From assembly GCA_029250665.1 (NCBI GenBank), contig JAQXEV010000053.1, positions 1-47,861 of the forward strand: a stretch of DNA of 47,861 nt, written 5' to 3'. Each line of letters opens with the position of its first letter. The stretch's first letter is position 1. Position numbers and translations under genes: made by a program. Below, one piece after another: positions 8,639 through 18,382 of the stretch. The DNA comes from Candidatus Thalassarchaeaceae archaeon (GTDB lineage: Archaea > Thermoplasmatota > Poseidoniia > Poseidoniales > Thalassarchaeaceae). The notes under the pieces were generated by a model that was given only the letters and a program-made list of their open reading frames with translations, did no database searches and had not been told where the DNA came from.

Positions 8639-9547
8639 ATGCGAATCGTAGTGGCACTCGGCGGCAACGCATTGCTACGGCGTGGGCAACCAATGACTGC
8701 GAAGAACCAGCGAGAGAATGTACGCATTGCAGCCCAAGCACTGGCACCAATAGCAGCAGGCAATCAACTCGTCATTAGCCACGGCAATGGACCACAGGTA
8801 GGCCTCTTGGCCTTGCAATCGGCGGCGTACGAGGAAGTCGAGGCGTACCCGTTGGATGTTTTGGGAGCTCAGACAGAGGGAATGATTGGATACATGATCG
8901 AGCAGGAGCTCGGCAATTTACTTCCCATCGAATACCCTTTCGCCACCATCCTGACCATGGTTGAGGTTGACCCTGAGGACCCTGCCTTTGACGAACCTAC
9001 CAAACCCATTGGGCCAGTGTATAACGAGGCTGAGGCGAAGCGCCTGGAGGCAGATAAGGGCTGGGTGATGAAGCCCGACGGGGAGCAATGGCGACGCGTC
9101 GTACCCTCTCCTGAACCGCATCGAATCTTTGAGATGCGCCCAATCCATTGGCTGCTTGAGAAGGGCACCATCGTCATCTGCGCGGGCGGGGGTGGAATTC
9201 CAACAATCTACAACGAGGAAGGAAATCTTGAGGGGGTCGAAGTGGTGATCGATAAGGATCGAGCGAGTGCACTTCTAGCCTTCGAGTTGGAGGCTGATTT
9301 GCTGATTATGGCGACCGACACAGATGGAGTGTATCTCGATTGGGGAACTGAAGATGCGCATCGAATCGAGAGAACTACTCCTGATGAGATCGAGAAGTAT
9401 GAGTTCGCCGCCGGCTCTATGGGACCGAAAGTTGAGGCGGCGGCTGATTTTGTCTCACGCACCGGACAGCGTGCTGTTATCGGCGCGCTGGCCGATATAC
9501 CGGCTATGGTCGAGGGTACCGCCGGTACCCAATTCGTCATCGAATAA
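8639..9547 (+). CDS. arcC: carbamate kinase
   Basis: [17 protein letters not shown]...[11 protein letters not shown]...ICAGGGGIP...MATDTDGVY are typical carbamate kinase blocks. 302 aa. Confidence 0.92.
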   Translation: MRIVVALGGNALLRRGQPMTAKNQRENVRIAAQALAPIAAGNQLVISHGNGPQVGLLALQSAAYEEVEAYPLDVLGAQTEGMIGYMIEQELGNLLPIEYPFATILTMVEVDPEDPAFDEPTKPIGPVYNEAEAKRLEADKGWVMKPDGEQWRRVVPSPEPHRIFEMRPIHWLLEKGTIVICAGGGGIPTIYNEEGNLEGVEVVIDKDRASALLAFELEADLLIMATDTDGVYLDWGTEDAHRIERTTPDEIEKYEFAAGSMGPKVEAAADFVSRTGQRAVIGALADIPAMVEGTAGTQFVIE

Positions 9548-9609
9548 CTCGATTTCAAGCAAGCCCTTCATAGCATCAGTTTGTCGGCGTAGCCGACGGA
9601 GACACTGGC

Positions 9610-11559
9610 ATGTCGATGATAACAGTGGATGTCGGCGCCGATGGAGCGCATGAATACGCCTCTGGAATCAGTGCTGGCGAAGTCATCCTCAATGTCCACG
9701 GCAAGCGCTCTGGTGCTGTCGCCGCGCTCATCGACGGAGTCGAACGAGATTTCTCATTCGTCCTCGAATCCGATTGTAGCCTCGAGCCAATTAATGGCGA
9801 GAGCGAGGCTGGACTCTACATTCTGCGCCATTCATGTGCTCACCTACTGGCGCAGGCTGTCGTCGAGATGTTTCCCGATGCAAAACCAACCATTGGTCCG
9901 CCAATCGACCATGGCTTCTACTATGATTTCCACATGGATCCAATTGGCGATGCAGAACTGCGCGTGATTGAGAAGAAGATGAATCAACACATTCGCTCTA
10001 ACCACGCAATCATCCGCGAGGAAATGGACAATGATTCACTACGCGAGATGTTCGCAGATAACAAATTCAAAATCGAAATTATGGACGATAAAATCGGCCA
10101 TGATGTTGGATCCTCGGCATATCGCCAAGGAGACTTCGTCGACCTCTGCCGAGGACCACACGTTCCAGCAACATCACACCTGCGCTGGTTCAAACTGACC
10201 AGCACCAGCACAGCCTATTGGCGCGCTGATAGTAAACGCGAGTCCCTCGTTCGAATCTACGGCATGTGCTATGCCACGAAAGACGGGCTCAAGGAGCGCC
10301 AACGCCAAATCGAAGAAGCAGGAAAGCGCGACCACAAGAAAATCGGCAAAGAGATGGAACTCTACATGATTGACGAACTCATCGGCAAGGGATTGCCGGT
10401 TTGGCTGCCGAATGGAGAGATTCTGAAATCAGAAATCGAGCGCTACGCGGTCGAGACCGAGGAGGCATATGGCTACGATCGCGTCACCACCCCGGTTCTC
10501 GCAAAACAGGAATTATTCGAGTGCAGCGGACATCTTCCCCACTACGCGGACGGCATGTACCCACCGATGGAGATGGACGATGGCACGTATTACCTGAAGG
10601 CGATGAACTGTCCAATGCACCACTTGATTTTCCGCAATAAGAAGCGAAGTTACCGCGAATTACCACTGCGTATTGCTGAGTACGGTACAGTCTACCGCAA
10701 CGAACTCTCGGGCACGCTTTCTGGACTGCTTCGCGTTCGCATGCTTTCGATGAATGATGCTCACATCTACTGCACGCTGGATCAGGTAGGGGATGAAGTG
10801 CGTGCGAACGTGCAGATGGTCAGCGATTACTACCGAACCTTTGGGTTCGAGAACTTCCACTTCCGTTTGTCTCTGTGGGATCCTGAAAACACTGAGAAAT
10901 ACATCGGAGAAGGGAGCAATTGGGAGGCGACTCAGAATCATTTGAGGCAAATTCTCGATGAGATGGAAATGCCTTATGTCGAGGCGGTCGGTGAGGCTGC
11001 GTTCTATGGTCCGAAAATCGATATTCAATTCACGACCGCTCTCGGGCGCGAGGAATCGATGTCAACGATTCAATTGGATTTCGCTGCGAAGGATCGGTTT
11101 GAACTGAGTTACAAGGATGAGACTGGCGAAGAAAACGGCGAAGTTTTCGTTATTCATCGTGCTCCGCTTTCGACTCATGAGCGATTTGTGGCCTTCTTGA
11201 CCGAGCACTGGATTGGCAACTTCCCGACTTGGCTGTCACCCGTGCAAGTTCAGGTGATTACGATTTCAGAAAAGCAGCGCGAGTATGCAGGGGTTGTCCG
11301 CGAGGCTTTGGCTGCTGCTGGTGTGCGGGTTCGTGTCGATGATTCAGATGCGACAATCGGTAAGAAAATCCGTATGCACCGCAAGATGCGACCAGCTTAC
11401 ATGTTGATTCTTGGTGAAGAAGAGGCTGCTGGTAGTACGGTTTCTATTCGGGCACGAAATGGTGACCAAGCAAAGGGTGTTGCGCTGGACGAATTCGTTG
11501 CAAGCATCTTCGCTGAGATTACCAATCGCGAGCGAGAATTGAGTATCGTACCTTCGTGA
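9610..11559 (+). CDS. thrS: threonine--tRNA ligase
   Basis: 649 aa. N-terminal TGS-like region, RHSCAHLLAQAV (HxxxH of the second additional domain), class II core (YRNELSGTLSGLLRVR, FYGPKIDI), and a C-terminal anticodon-binding domain. Confidence 0.95.
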   Translation: MSMITVDVGADGAHEYASGISAGEVILNVHGKRSGAVAALIDGVERDFSFVLESDCSLEPINGESEAGLYILRHSCAHLLAQAVVEMFPDAKPTIGPPIDHGFYYDFHMDPIGDAELRVIEKKMNQHIRSNHAIIREEMDNDSLREMFADNKFKIEIMDDKIGHDVGSSAYRQGDFVDLCRGPHVPATSHLRWFKLTSTSTAYWRADSKRESLVRIYGMCYATKDGLKERQRQIEEAGKRDHKKIGKEMELYMIDELIGKGLPVWLPNGEILKSEIERYAVETEEAYGYDRVTTPVLAKQELFECSGHLPHYADGMYPPMEMDDGTYYLKAMNCPMHHLIFRNKKRSYRELPLRIAEYGTVYRNELSGTLSGLLRVRMLSMNDAHIYCTLDQVGDEVRANVQMVSDYYRTFGFENFHFRLSLWDPENTEKYIGEGSNWEATQNHLRQILDEMEMPYVEAVGEAAFYGPKIDIQFTTALGREESMSTIQLDFAAKDRFELSYKDETGEENGEVFVIHRAPLSTHERFVAFLTEHWIGNFPTWLSPVQVQVITISEKQREYAGVVREALAAAGVRVRVDDSDATIGKKIRMHRKMRPAYMLILGEEEAAGSTVSIRARNGDQAKGVALDEFVASIFAEITNRERELSIVPS

Positions 11560-11567
11560 AAATCAAT

Positions 11568-13286
11568 TCACACTCTTCTTCGCAAGTTTTCAGAGAGTTC
11601 GTCGGCTGTACCAAGTGCGGTTAGACAGGATTGAACATCTCCGGCTTCAAGGGCTTCGATCGCTTGTTTGACGGCTGCCTCGGTTGCTCTTCGGGTTTCG
11701 TCGGTTGGGCCGATACTTGTCGAATCGAGGCGGCGGCGCAACTCGGTCCATTCTGACTGGACGAAATCTAGGAGTTCCTTTGCTTCGCCGACCTCGGCAT
11801 CGTAGGATTGTAAATCATTGGTGAGGGATGTGAGTGATTTAGCCGCAGTGACCCATTTTCCACTACTTGCTGCGGCTTCGACTTCGGTTAGGCGAGCCTG
11901 CCAAGATTCGCCTGCTGGCCCGGTCGGGAAGCGCGCGCTAATCTGTTTCTTTTGGCGCAGCGCGCGTTGGACCTCTTGCATGGCATCGGAGGTTTCTCGC
12001 ACCTCGCGGGCGAGACTATCGGCGAGTCCCTTCGCCAGAGGTGCGTCTCCCTTAGCGAATGCTTCCTTTGCATCTGCAAGTCGCCCAGCATTTGCTAGGG
12101 CTAATTCGCCCTCTGCCGCGGAAAGCGCTGCCTCGGCATCGGCGATTGCTTCCTCAGCCTCTCCAGTCGATGCTTCGAGGCTCTCCATGTGAGCTGGGAT
12201 CGCGTTGGCAATGTGGAGAGCCTCAGCCGGCTCCTCAGCATCCATCGCTTCTTTGGCAGCGGCGAGGATTCCACGAACAGAATCGGTCGCCGCGCCCGAC
12301 TTGTCAGCTATTGCCTTCTCAGCAGTAGCAATCGATTCAGCTGCTGCTTGCCAATTCTCTTGAATGGCCCCTGCTTTCGTCTTGGCTACTCGGTACAGCG
12401 TCTCAGCCTCACGAAGTGATCCGAGACCCGCCTCCTTGTCGCCCATCTGGAAGGCTCGTCGGGGGCCCTCGACGACAAGCGCAATCGCCTCGGCCTTCTC
12501 AACAGATTCCAGCGCATCGGCACGAATAGCATCGATATCTACAGCCATCGCCATTACACGTTCGGCTTCTCGCTCGGCCTCCTCTAGCAGAACCATGCCG
12601 CGCGCGGGGTCCTTCCATCCTCGATCGCGCGCCTGTTGAATCAGTGAAGCGGCCTGCTCCAGCCCAGAATTCTTTGAGCGCAGGTCAAGCATTCGAGCCT
12701 CGGCAGCCTCCAATTCGGCTCCAAACTCCTGCCTCGCCCCGTAATCCTCATCCTTGGCCAGTAAATCAGGTACCACCAGGCCCAGACAGGCCACAGCAAA
12801 GGCCCCTGCAACTAGCATGTCCAAGCCGAGCGAAACCACGATTGCGATTCCGAAGGCGGCCCCAACCAAGCCTGAGAATGCACGAAGCCTGCGCGTAGCG
12901 AGCGTCACACCAAGCGCATTCCGCCAATGATTCAGTAATGCTCCAGCGACCAGAATGAGAATCACAGTCGCAAGAGCGCGATCGCCTGCCCCAAAAGAAT
13001 CGATTGCGAGCGCGACGACCATCGGCCAAGACAAGCCAGCAGCAATCGCAATCCGAGAACGCTCAACAGGGCCGTGGTCAATCAAATCCATCAGCATCAA
13101 GGCAGCCACGAAGATAGCCACAACAGGCCCCATTCGTGGTAACATCTCGACGCTGCCATCCATCGCCGGCAGAAGCCACCAGCCAGCAGAGGCGATGAGC
13201 ACCAGAGTCCCAGCCAATGCCACCTTCTCGACGCGAGCGCGTTGCTGTGCAATCACCCGGTCAGCGTGGTCGGGCGGGAGCACCAT
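11568..13286 (-). CDS. hypothetical membrane protein: ~5 N-terminal TM helices plus a ~390-aa Ala/Glu-rich helical-repeat domain
   Basis: Long ORF (572 aa). Hydrophobic segments span aa ~22-175. The rest is strongly helical, with a recurring A-x3-G-[DK]-x3-[AGC]-x3-L motif about every 60-70 residues. Confidence 0.75.
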   Translation of the reverse strand: MVLPPDHADRVIAQQRARVEKVALAGTLVLIASAGWWLLPAMDGSVEMLPRMGPVVAIFVAALMLMDLIDHGPVERSRIAIAAGLSWPMVVALAIDSFGAGDRALATVILILVAGALLNHWRNALGVTLATRRLRAFSGLVGAAFGIAIVVSLGLDMLVAGAFAVACLGLVVPDLLAKDEDYGARQEFGAELEAAEARMLDLRSKNSGLEQAASLIQQARDRGWKDPARGMVLLEEAEREAERVMAMAVDIDAIRADALESVEKAEAIALVVEGPRRAFQMGDKEAGLGSLREAETLYRVAKTKAGAIQENWQAAAESIATAEKAIADKSGAATDSVRGILAAAKEAMDAEEPAEALHIANAIPAHMESLEASTGEAEEAIADAEAALSAAEGELALANAGRLADAKEAFAKGDAPLAKGLADSLAREVRETSDAMQEVQRALRQKKQISARFPTGPAGESWQARLTEVEAAASSGKWVTAAKSLTSLTNDLQSYDAEVGEAKELLDFVQSEWTELRRRLDSTSIGPTDETRRATEAAVKQAIEALEAGDVQSCLTALGTADELSENLRRRV

Positions 13287-13376
13287 GCTACCCCACCCGC
13301 GTGTTCAGGTCAAGAGTCGAGCGGTCCGCTGGACTTGTGGCAGGCCTAACCAATACTTGCTTTAGATTCGGCTAAA

Positions 13377-15461
13377 TCAATCATCGAATCGCTCGGTGCC
13401 CCAAAGCATCCGAGCCCCGATAGCCATCCCAGCAAGCACGAGGAAGACACCGAGAACCACTTGCAGAGGTCCTGAATCAGGATTCACAGTAATCTCGGAA
13501 TCGATGGTGATTGTCGCCTCTTCATTCAGCAGACTGCTTCCCCAATCGAAGCGCAGTGGAAGCTCTCCAGCACGCTCCAAAGGAATATCCAATGTCACTC
13601 CAACCACTCCCGGGCCGACCGATGTCGCCCAAGGGATGTTAGCGTGTGAAGAGCAGATTTCACCGCTGCACAGCCTGCCAGTGGCGGTATAGCCACCGAA
13701 ATTCTGAATCATAACATGAACCTGCATTGTCTCGCCAACTGTCGCTATTCCGTAGTGGCTGACATTAGCGATGCGTATGTCTACACCCGGAGCGGGTTGT
13801 ACCGCGAGGGAGAAAGACAGGGTGTCCATGTTCCCTTTTGAGTCCCAAGCCATGAGAATGAACCAGTGCGAACCGGCTTCCAATGGCTCGATATCGAAGG
13901 TCGAAATCGCCGCGAAACTGAGATTTTCGAACTGTGGCTCTTGGTTGAGAATGAATGTCCATTTGGTGTCATTAATCGAGTCAAGATCGTCGTAGGAATT
14001 GGAGAGATTGACTAGAAGTGGGACGCCGGAGCGTGCAGGATGCTCAGCTGAGATGAGCGTGCCGTTGGCGAAGATATCTGGCAGGATTGTAGGTCCAGCA
14101 CCGTCGAGAACGAGAATTGTCCATTCGTGGAAGACTGAATTGCCGGCGTCGTCGGTGACTTTGAGATTGAGGCTGTAAGTTGTGGATGGTTTTGCCTCGT
14201 GACGATGTTCGATATCGAGATGCAAACCGTTGACCTTTTCACCCTGCGGGAAGCGCGCTTGAGCAGTCATTTCTGACCAATCGACATGGCGCCACTCGCT
14301 CGAGCGATTACTGGTGATTTCGATTGTTGTGTCGAGGCCTGAATCATCAGATGCAACGATATTGATGTCTAGTACATCCTCACTGCTAACCTCGATGATT
14401 CCATCACTGATATCGATGGCAGTAGCCTCGCCGACATCTGGATTCGCTGTGAAGGAAGCCTCCCAAGTCGGTGAAATCCCATCGATGACGATATTCTCGT
14501 ACCAATCAACACTCCATCCAAAGGAATCGATACACTTGACTGCCACGCTGAGGACCTCACCGTGACTGTAATTGTATTCGGAAGGGACTATCGAAACCCA
14601 CGATTCCTCGCTGATGAAAACTGTGGTTCCATTACTAGTAAACTCCCACTTGATGCTCGTGTCGTCTAGATGGCTGTCAGTGCAAGTTGCTTCGTAGGTC
14701 GTCGCAGTCTCGAGAGGAATTACTGAACTGTCACCAATTCTTTGTGCGACGATATTTGGCTGGTTATTTTTACCAACGCTGATTCTGATGTCACTTGCCA
14801 CCGGAACAGCACTGCGATTGACGGTGAATTCACCCGGCGTACCCTCAATGACTTCTTCCATGGCTGAATAACGGTATTCAAATGAGCTAGGGAGAATGAT
14901 GGTGAGTGGGACCTCCTCGACTGCCGCGCCGGTGCGTGGTAAGTCGATTAGGCGTGTCGAGCGACCGTCGGTTTGGCCTGCGAGCTCGACGATTTCGGTC
15001 CAACCCCATGAGCCATTGCGCATCACAACCGGACCAGGGGCAGGAGGATTCGAAATGATCGTGATATTAGTCGGTGAGAATGGCTCATGGTCAAGCATAC
15101 AGCATCCCGCGCGCTCGGAGTCATTCCACGCGCGATTCTCTAAGTAAGGTGTGAACAGATCGATTTCACTCTGGTTGAGGAAATCATCTCCGTCACCGAG
15201 ATACATGTCGATTTGCTTGCGGATGCCAATTCCCGGATGAACGAGATAACCTGTACCGAGGTAATCTGAGATTGAGATGTTGAGCGTCCAAGTCGCCGTG
15301 ATATTCGAGTTGACATCGAGAATATCGTGAATTTCTAGAGTCGCGAAGCCATCGTAAGCATCGAGGTCTGAGGGAATTCCGTGTGCGTCGGCATTTGCCA
15401 CGGGTATCATCGGTGTCAGAAGGACTGCCGTCAGCAAAATTGCAAGGGTTGTTCTATTCAT
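13377..15461 (-). CDS. exported, C-terminally anchored surface (glyco)protein with Ig/PKD-like beta-rich repeats
   Basis: Signal peptide MNRTTLAILLTAVLLTPMIPVANA. C-terminal TM anchor LQVVLGVFLVLAGMAIGARMLW. About 15 N-x-S/T sequons by my count. 694 aa. Confidence 0.8.
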   Translation of the reverse strand: MNRTTLAILLTAVLLTPMIPVANADAHGIPSDLDAYDGFATLEIHDILDVNSNITATWTLNISISDYLGTGYLVHPGIGIRKQIDMYLGDGDDFLNQSEIDLFTPYLENRAWNDSERAGCCMLDHEPFSPTNITIISNPPAPGPVVMRNGSWGWTEIVELAGQTDGRSTRLIDLPRTGAAVEEVPLTIILPSSFEYRYSAMEEVIEGTPGEFTVNRSAVPVASDIRISVGKNNQPNIVAQRIGDSSVIPLETATTYEATCTDSHLDDTSIKWEFTSNGTTVFISEESWVSIVPSEYNYSHGEVLSVAVKCIDSFGWSVDWYENIVIDGISPTWEASFTANPDVGEATAIDISDGIIEVSSEDVLDINIVASDDSGLDTTIEITSNRSSEWRHVDWSEMTAQARFPQGEKVNGLHLDIEHRHEAKPSTTYSLNLKVTDDAGNSVFHEWTILVLDGAGPTILPDIFANGTLISAEHPARSGVPLLVNLSNSYDDLDSINDTKWTFILNQEPQFENLSFAAISTFDIEPLEAGSHWFILMAWDSKGNMDTLSFSLAVQPAPGVDIRIANVSHYGIATVGETMQVHVMIQNFGGYTATGRLCSGEICSSHANIPWATSVGPGVVGVTLDIPLERAGELPLRFDWGSSLLNEEATITIDSEITVNPDSGPLQVVLGVFLVLAGMAIGARMLWGTERFDD

Positions 15462-16475
15462 TCATTCACTTCCATCATGGATGATTCTCGAGCCGAAGAA
15501 ATCAACGGAAAGAGGAATTATTCTGTGATTGGCTCCAAGTTCGGCAGTAAGGCGTTCGCGTAGGGTTGTGTCACCGTGGACGAGGAAGAAACCGCCGCCA
15601 CCGGCGCCGAGGAGTTTCGCTCCGCTGGCGCCGAGGTTTAGGAGCCGGTCGTGAAGAGCATCCAACTCCTCATTCGAGACACTCGCTGTAATACCGCGCT
15701 TGGCCTGCCAAGCAACCTCTAGGAGCTCGCCAAGACCTGAAAGATCTCCACATTCGAGGTGTGCACGCGCCTCGTCTGCTTGAGTGCGAATCGTGCGCAA
15801 TCGAGCCAATTTGTCAGACTCATCCTCGGGCGATTCGGAAAGCACCGAACTCGCCCGCCGACTCATCCCTGTGAAAACCAAAGTGAATTCTGACTCGAGC
15901 CGCGCGAGAACGTCATCACTCAAATCAAGCGGCTCGACATCAACCCCTTCGCCGGTAAATGAAATTGAATTAATTCCGCCGAATGCAGCGGCGTACTGAT
16001 CTTGGCGGCCGATTGGCTGCCCTAGGACATCAATCTCAATCCGGCAAGCCTCATCAGCCAACTGAGCCGCTGAAACCTCCCTGCCAGCAAATCGGTGCAA
16101 GGCATTCAGCAAACCTACTGTAACTGTTGAAGAGGAGCCGAGGCCAGTACCACGAGACGGAATGTCGGCGATGGTTGTAATCTCAATACCAGAAGTCACT
16201 CCAGTCAGCCTCATTGCCTCCCTCACAAGTTCGTGTTCCAGTTCCTCGAAGTCATCGACAATCTCCATCTTTGAGTAAGAAACACGGACCCTATCATCGA
16301 AGCGAGCGTTGACCGTAACATGTATGTGTCGAGAGAGGGCAAAAGAGGTCACTCGGCCGCCATTCGGCTCTGACTCGGCGAACCAATCTACGTCAGTCCC
16401 ACCACCGCAAAAAGACACCCGCACGGGCGTTCGCGAGATGATCATCGCACGCGGGGTGTAAGCATCCGACTTCAA
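15462..16475 (-). CDS. GHMP-family sugar kinase (COG2605, resembling D-glycero-D-manno-heptose-7-phosphate kinase)
   Basis: ISRTPVRVSFCGGGTDV near the N-terminus. GHMP motif II is IPSRGTGLGSSSTVTVGLLNAL, and GAGGGGFF lies near the C-terminus. The stop TGA directly abuts the ATG of the downstream surface protein. Confidence 0.85.
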   Translation of the reverse strand: MKSDAYTPRAMIISRTPVRVSFCGGGTDVDWFAESEPNGGRVTSFALSRHIHVTVNARFDDRVRVSYSKMEIVDDFEELEHELVREAMRLTGVTSGIEITTIADIPSRGTGLGSSSTVTVGLLNALHRFAGREVSAAQLADEACRIEIDVLGQPIGRQDQYAAAFGGINSISFTGEGVDVEPLDLSDDVLARLESEFTLVFTGMSRRASSVLSESPEDESDKLARLRTIRTQADEARAHLECGDLSGLGELLEVAWQAKRGITASVSNEELDALHDRLLNLGASGAKLLGAGGGGFFLVHGDTTLRERLTAELGANHRIIPLSVDFFGSRIIHDGSE

Positions 16476-16558
16476 GACGACGGAGAGCGGTTTCGGTCCC
16501 GTTCGGTAAGGGTAAGGGCTATGAGAGGACCGCGTTGCGATTCGTCGGAGGGCTGGAC

Positions 16559-17491
16559 ATGAGCGACCTGATCACCATGGACGATCTGACTAATGACGAG
16601 ATCGTAGAGATACTGGATGCAGCCGATAGATTACTACCCGTTGCCAAAGGAGATGTCTATGCTCCACTCCTCCAAGGCAAGGTCCTAGGGAACTTATTCT
16701 TCGAGAATTCGACCCGTACTCGGATGTCTTTCGAATCGGCCATGAAGCGGCTTGGAGGAGAGGTAGTGAATCTAAGTTCGGTCGGCTCAAGTGTTGCCAA
16801 GGGTGAGACTCTCTATGATACGATGCAGATGGTCGATGGGTATTCTGACATCGCTGTGATTCGCCACCCGCATCAGGGTGCGGCTCAGTACAGCGCCGAC
16901 GCGGTTGAAATTCCTGTACTGAACGCTGGCGACGGCGCTGGCAACCATCCGACTCAGACTATGTTGGATTTGTTTACGATTCGAGAGGCCCACGGCACAC
17001 TCGAAGGATTGAACGTGGTCTTGGTCGGTGATTTGCGCTACGGGCGCACGACGCACTCACTTTCTCACGCGCTAGTACGATTCGGTGCTAAGTTGACGCT
17101 CGTGTCGCCCGAGAGCTTGACGATGCCTGCTGAAATCGTTGGTGATTTGCAAAGACATGGCGCCGACGTGACCGAAAGTGAAGACATGGCCTCCGCCATC
17201 TCAGAGGCGGATGTAATCTACATGACTCGCATCCAGAAAGAGCGCTTCCCAGATGAAGATGAATACACCAAGGTCGCTGGCATCTACAAGATGACAGCGG
17301 ATGATTTGTCGGGTGCAAAAGGCGGAATGATCGTCATGCACCCATTACCGCGAGTCGATGAAATTGATCCCAGTGTCGACTCGACCAAGCACGCGCGATA
17401 CTTCCAACAAGCATTCAACGGCGTGCCGACGCGCATGGCTCTACTCTGCAGAAGTCTCGGCGTCAAGGTTCCAAAGAAGGTGAAGTCATGA
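16559..17491 (+). CDS. pyrB: aspartate carbamoyltransferase catalytic subunit
   Basis: FFENSTRTRMSFE, GNHPTQTMLD, VMHPLPRVDEI. The ATG at 16559 is preferred over the TTG at 16535. Confidence 0.95.
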   Translation: MSDLITMDDLTNDEIVEILDAADRLLPVAKGDVYAPLLQGKVLGNLFFENSTRTRMSFESAMKRLGGEVVNLSSVGSSVAKGETLYDTMQMVDGYSDIAVIRHPHQGAAQYSADAVEIPVLNAGDGAGNHPTQTMLDLFTIREAHGTLEGLNVVLVGDLRYGRTTHSLSHALVRFGAKLTLVSPESLTMPAEIVGDLQRHGADVTESEDMASAISEADVIYMTRIQKERFPDEDEYTKVAGIYKMTADDLSGAKGGMIVMHPLPRVDEIDPSVDSTKHARYFQQAFNGVPTRMALLCRSLGVKVPKKVKS

Positions 17492-17955
17492 GTGAAATGA
17501 GGCGCGTCACCGCAATCTGCAACGGCACCGTTGTCGATCACATTCCGGCCGGCAAGGCACTGCAAGTAATGCAGATGCTGCGTGTTGATGTTGGCCGCTC
17601 GAACCCAATCAGCCTCGTGATGAATGTCCCGAGCGGAAAGGTTGGACGCAAGGACGTACTGAAGATTGAGGACCGCGAGCTGACTCAGGTCGAGCTCGAC
17701 CGACTCGCTCTAATCGCTCCTCACGCCTCGGTCGCAATCATCCGTAATTACAGCGTGGCCGAGAAGCGTGAGATTGAACTCGGTGAGGAATTGGTGAATA
17801 TCGCGCGCTGTTCTTTCTGGAATTGTATCACTCAGAACACGCGCGAACCACTGCCGCACAAGTTACGAGTTGTCGGCGAAGATCCGCTCGATGTTCGCTG
17901 CGCTTACTGTGGGCGAACACAATCGATTGATGAAATGGCAAATTCCATTCTTTGA
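17488..17955 (+). CDS. pyrI: aspartate carbamoyltransferase regulatory subunit
   Basis: ATGA overlap with pyrB. ICNGTVVDHIPAGKAL... and the C-terminal zinc domain CSFWNCITQ...CAYCGR. Confidence 0.93.
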   Translation: MSEMRRVTAICNGTVVDHIPAGKALQVMQMLRVDVGRSNPISLVMNVPSGKVGRKDVLKIEDRELTQVELDRLALIAPHASVAIIRNYSVAEKREIELGEELVNIARCSFWNCITQNTREPLPHKLRVVGEDPLDVRCAYCGRTQSIDEMANSIL

Positions 17956-18382
17956 AACTACAGAGGCCAGGGGGAAATTTACTCTGGTTCGTATTCAAGC
18001 CGTCTATGATGGTGGACTTCGATGCACTGCAACTCATGGGCCGTCGGGCGAGACTCTTGTAACCGATGCTCCGGTTGACAACAAAGGGAAGGGTGAGTCA
18101 TTCTCTCCAACTGACTTGTTGGCGACTTCGATGCTCAATTGTATGATGACAATTATTGCTATTGCTGCTGATTCTCGGGGGCTGGATGTAGCAGGGATGA
18201 GTGGCTCGGTGGAGAAAATCATGGCCGGAGGGCCCCGACGGGTTGCTCGCCTTGAGGTTGAAATTACAATGCCCGCAGCCCTGAGTTCGGAAGATCGAGA
18301 ATTCCTCATCAAGCGTGGGATGGCTTGCCCAGTTCACAAGTCTGTCAGCGATCATATGGAACTGGATGTCAACTTCAATTGA
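17930..18382 (+). CDS. OsmC/Ohr family peroxiredoxin-like protein
   Basis: THGPSGETLVTDAPVDNKGKGESFSPTDLLATSMLNCMMT...GMACPVHKS follows the OsmC pattern with two conserved Cys. The start is uncertain (ATG at 17930 overlaps the pyrI 3' end; the ORF is open from 17870). Confidence 0.75.
   Translation: MKWQIPFFETTEARGKFTLVRIQAVYDGGLRCTATHGPSGETLVTDAPVDNKGKGESFSPTDLLATSMLNCMMTIIAIAADSRGLDVAGMSGSVEKIMAGGPRRVARLEVEITMPAALSSEDREFLIKRGMACPVHKSVSDHMELDVNFN

Noticed and set aside
11818-13365. Many 60-136-aa ORFs on both strands inside the Ala/Glu-rich gene (for example 11818..12192, 12364..12639, 12955..13365)
   Set aside because: They are typical shadow ORFs produced by GC-rich, Ala-codon-rich coding sequence. 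Their translations are Ala/Ser/Arg/Pro low-complexity, and the 572-aa frame explains the region.
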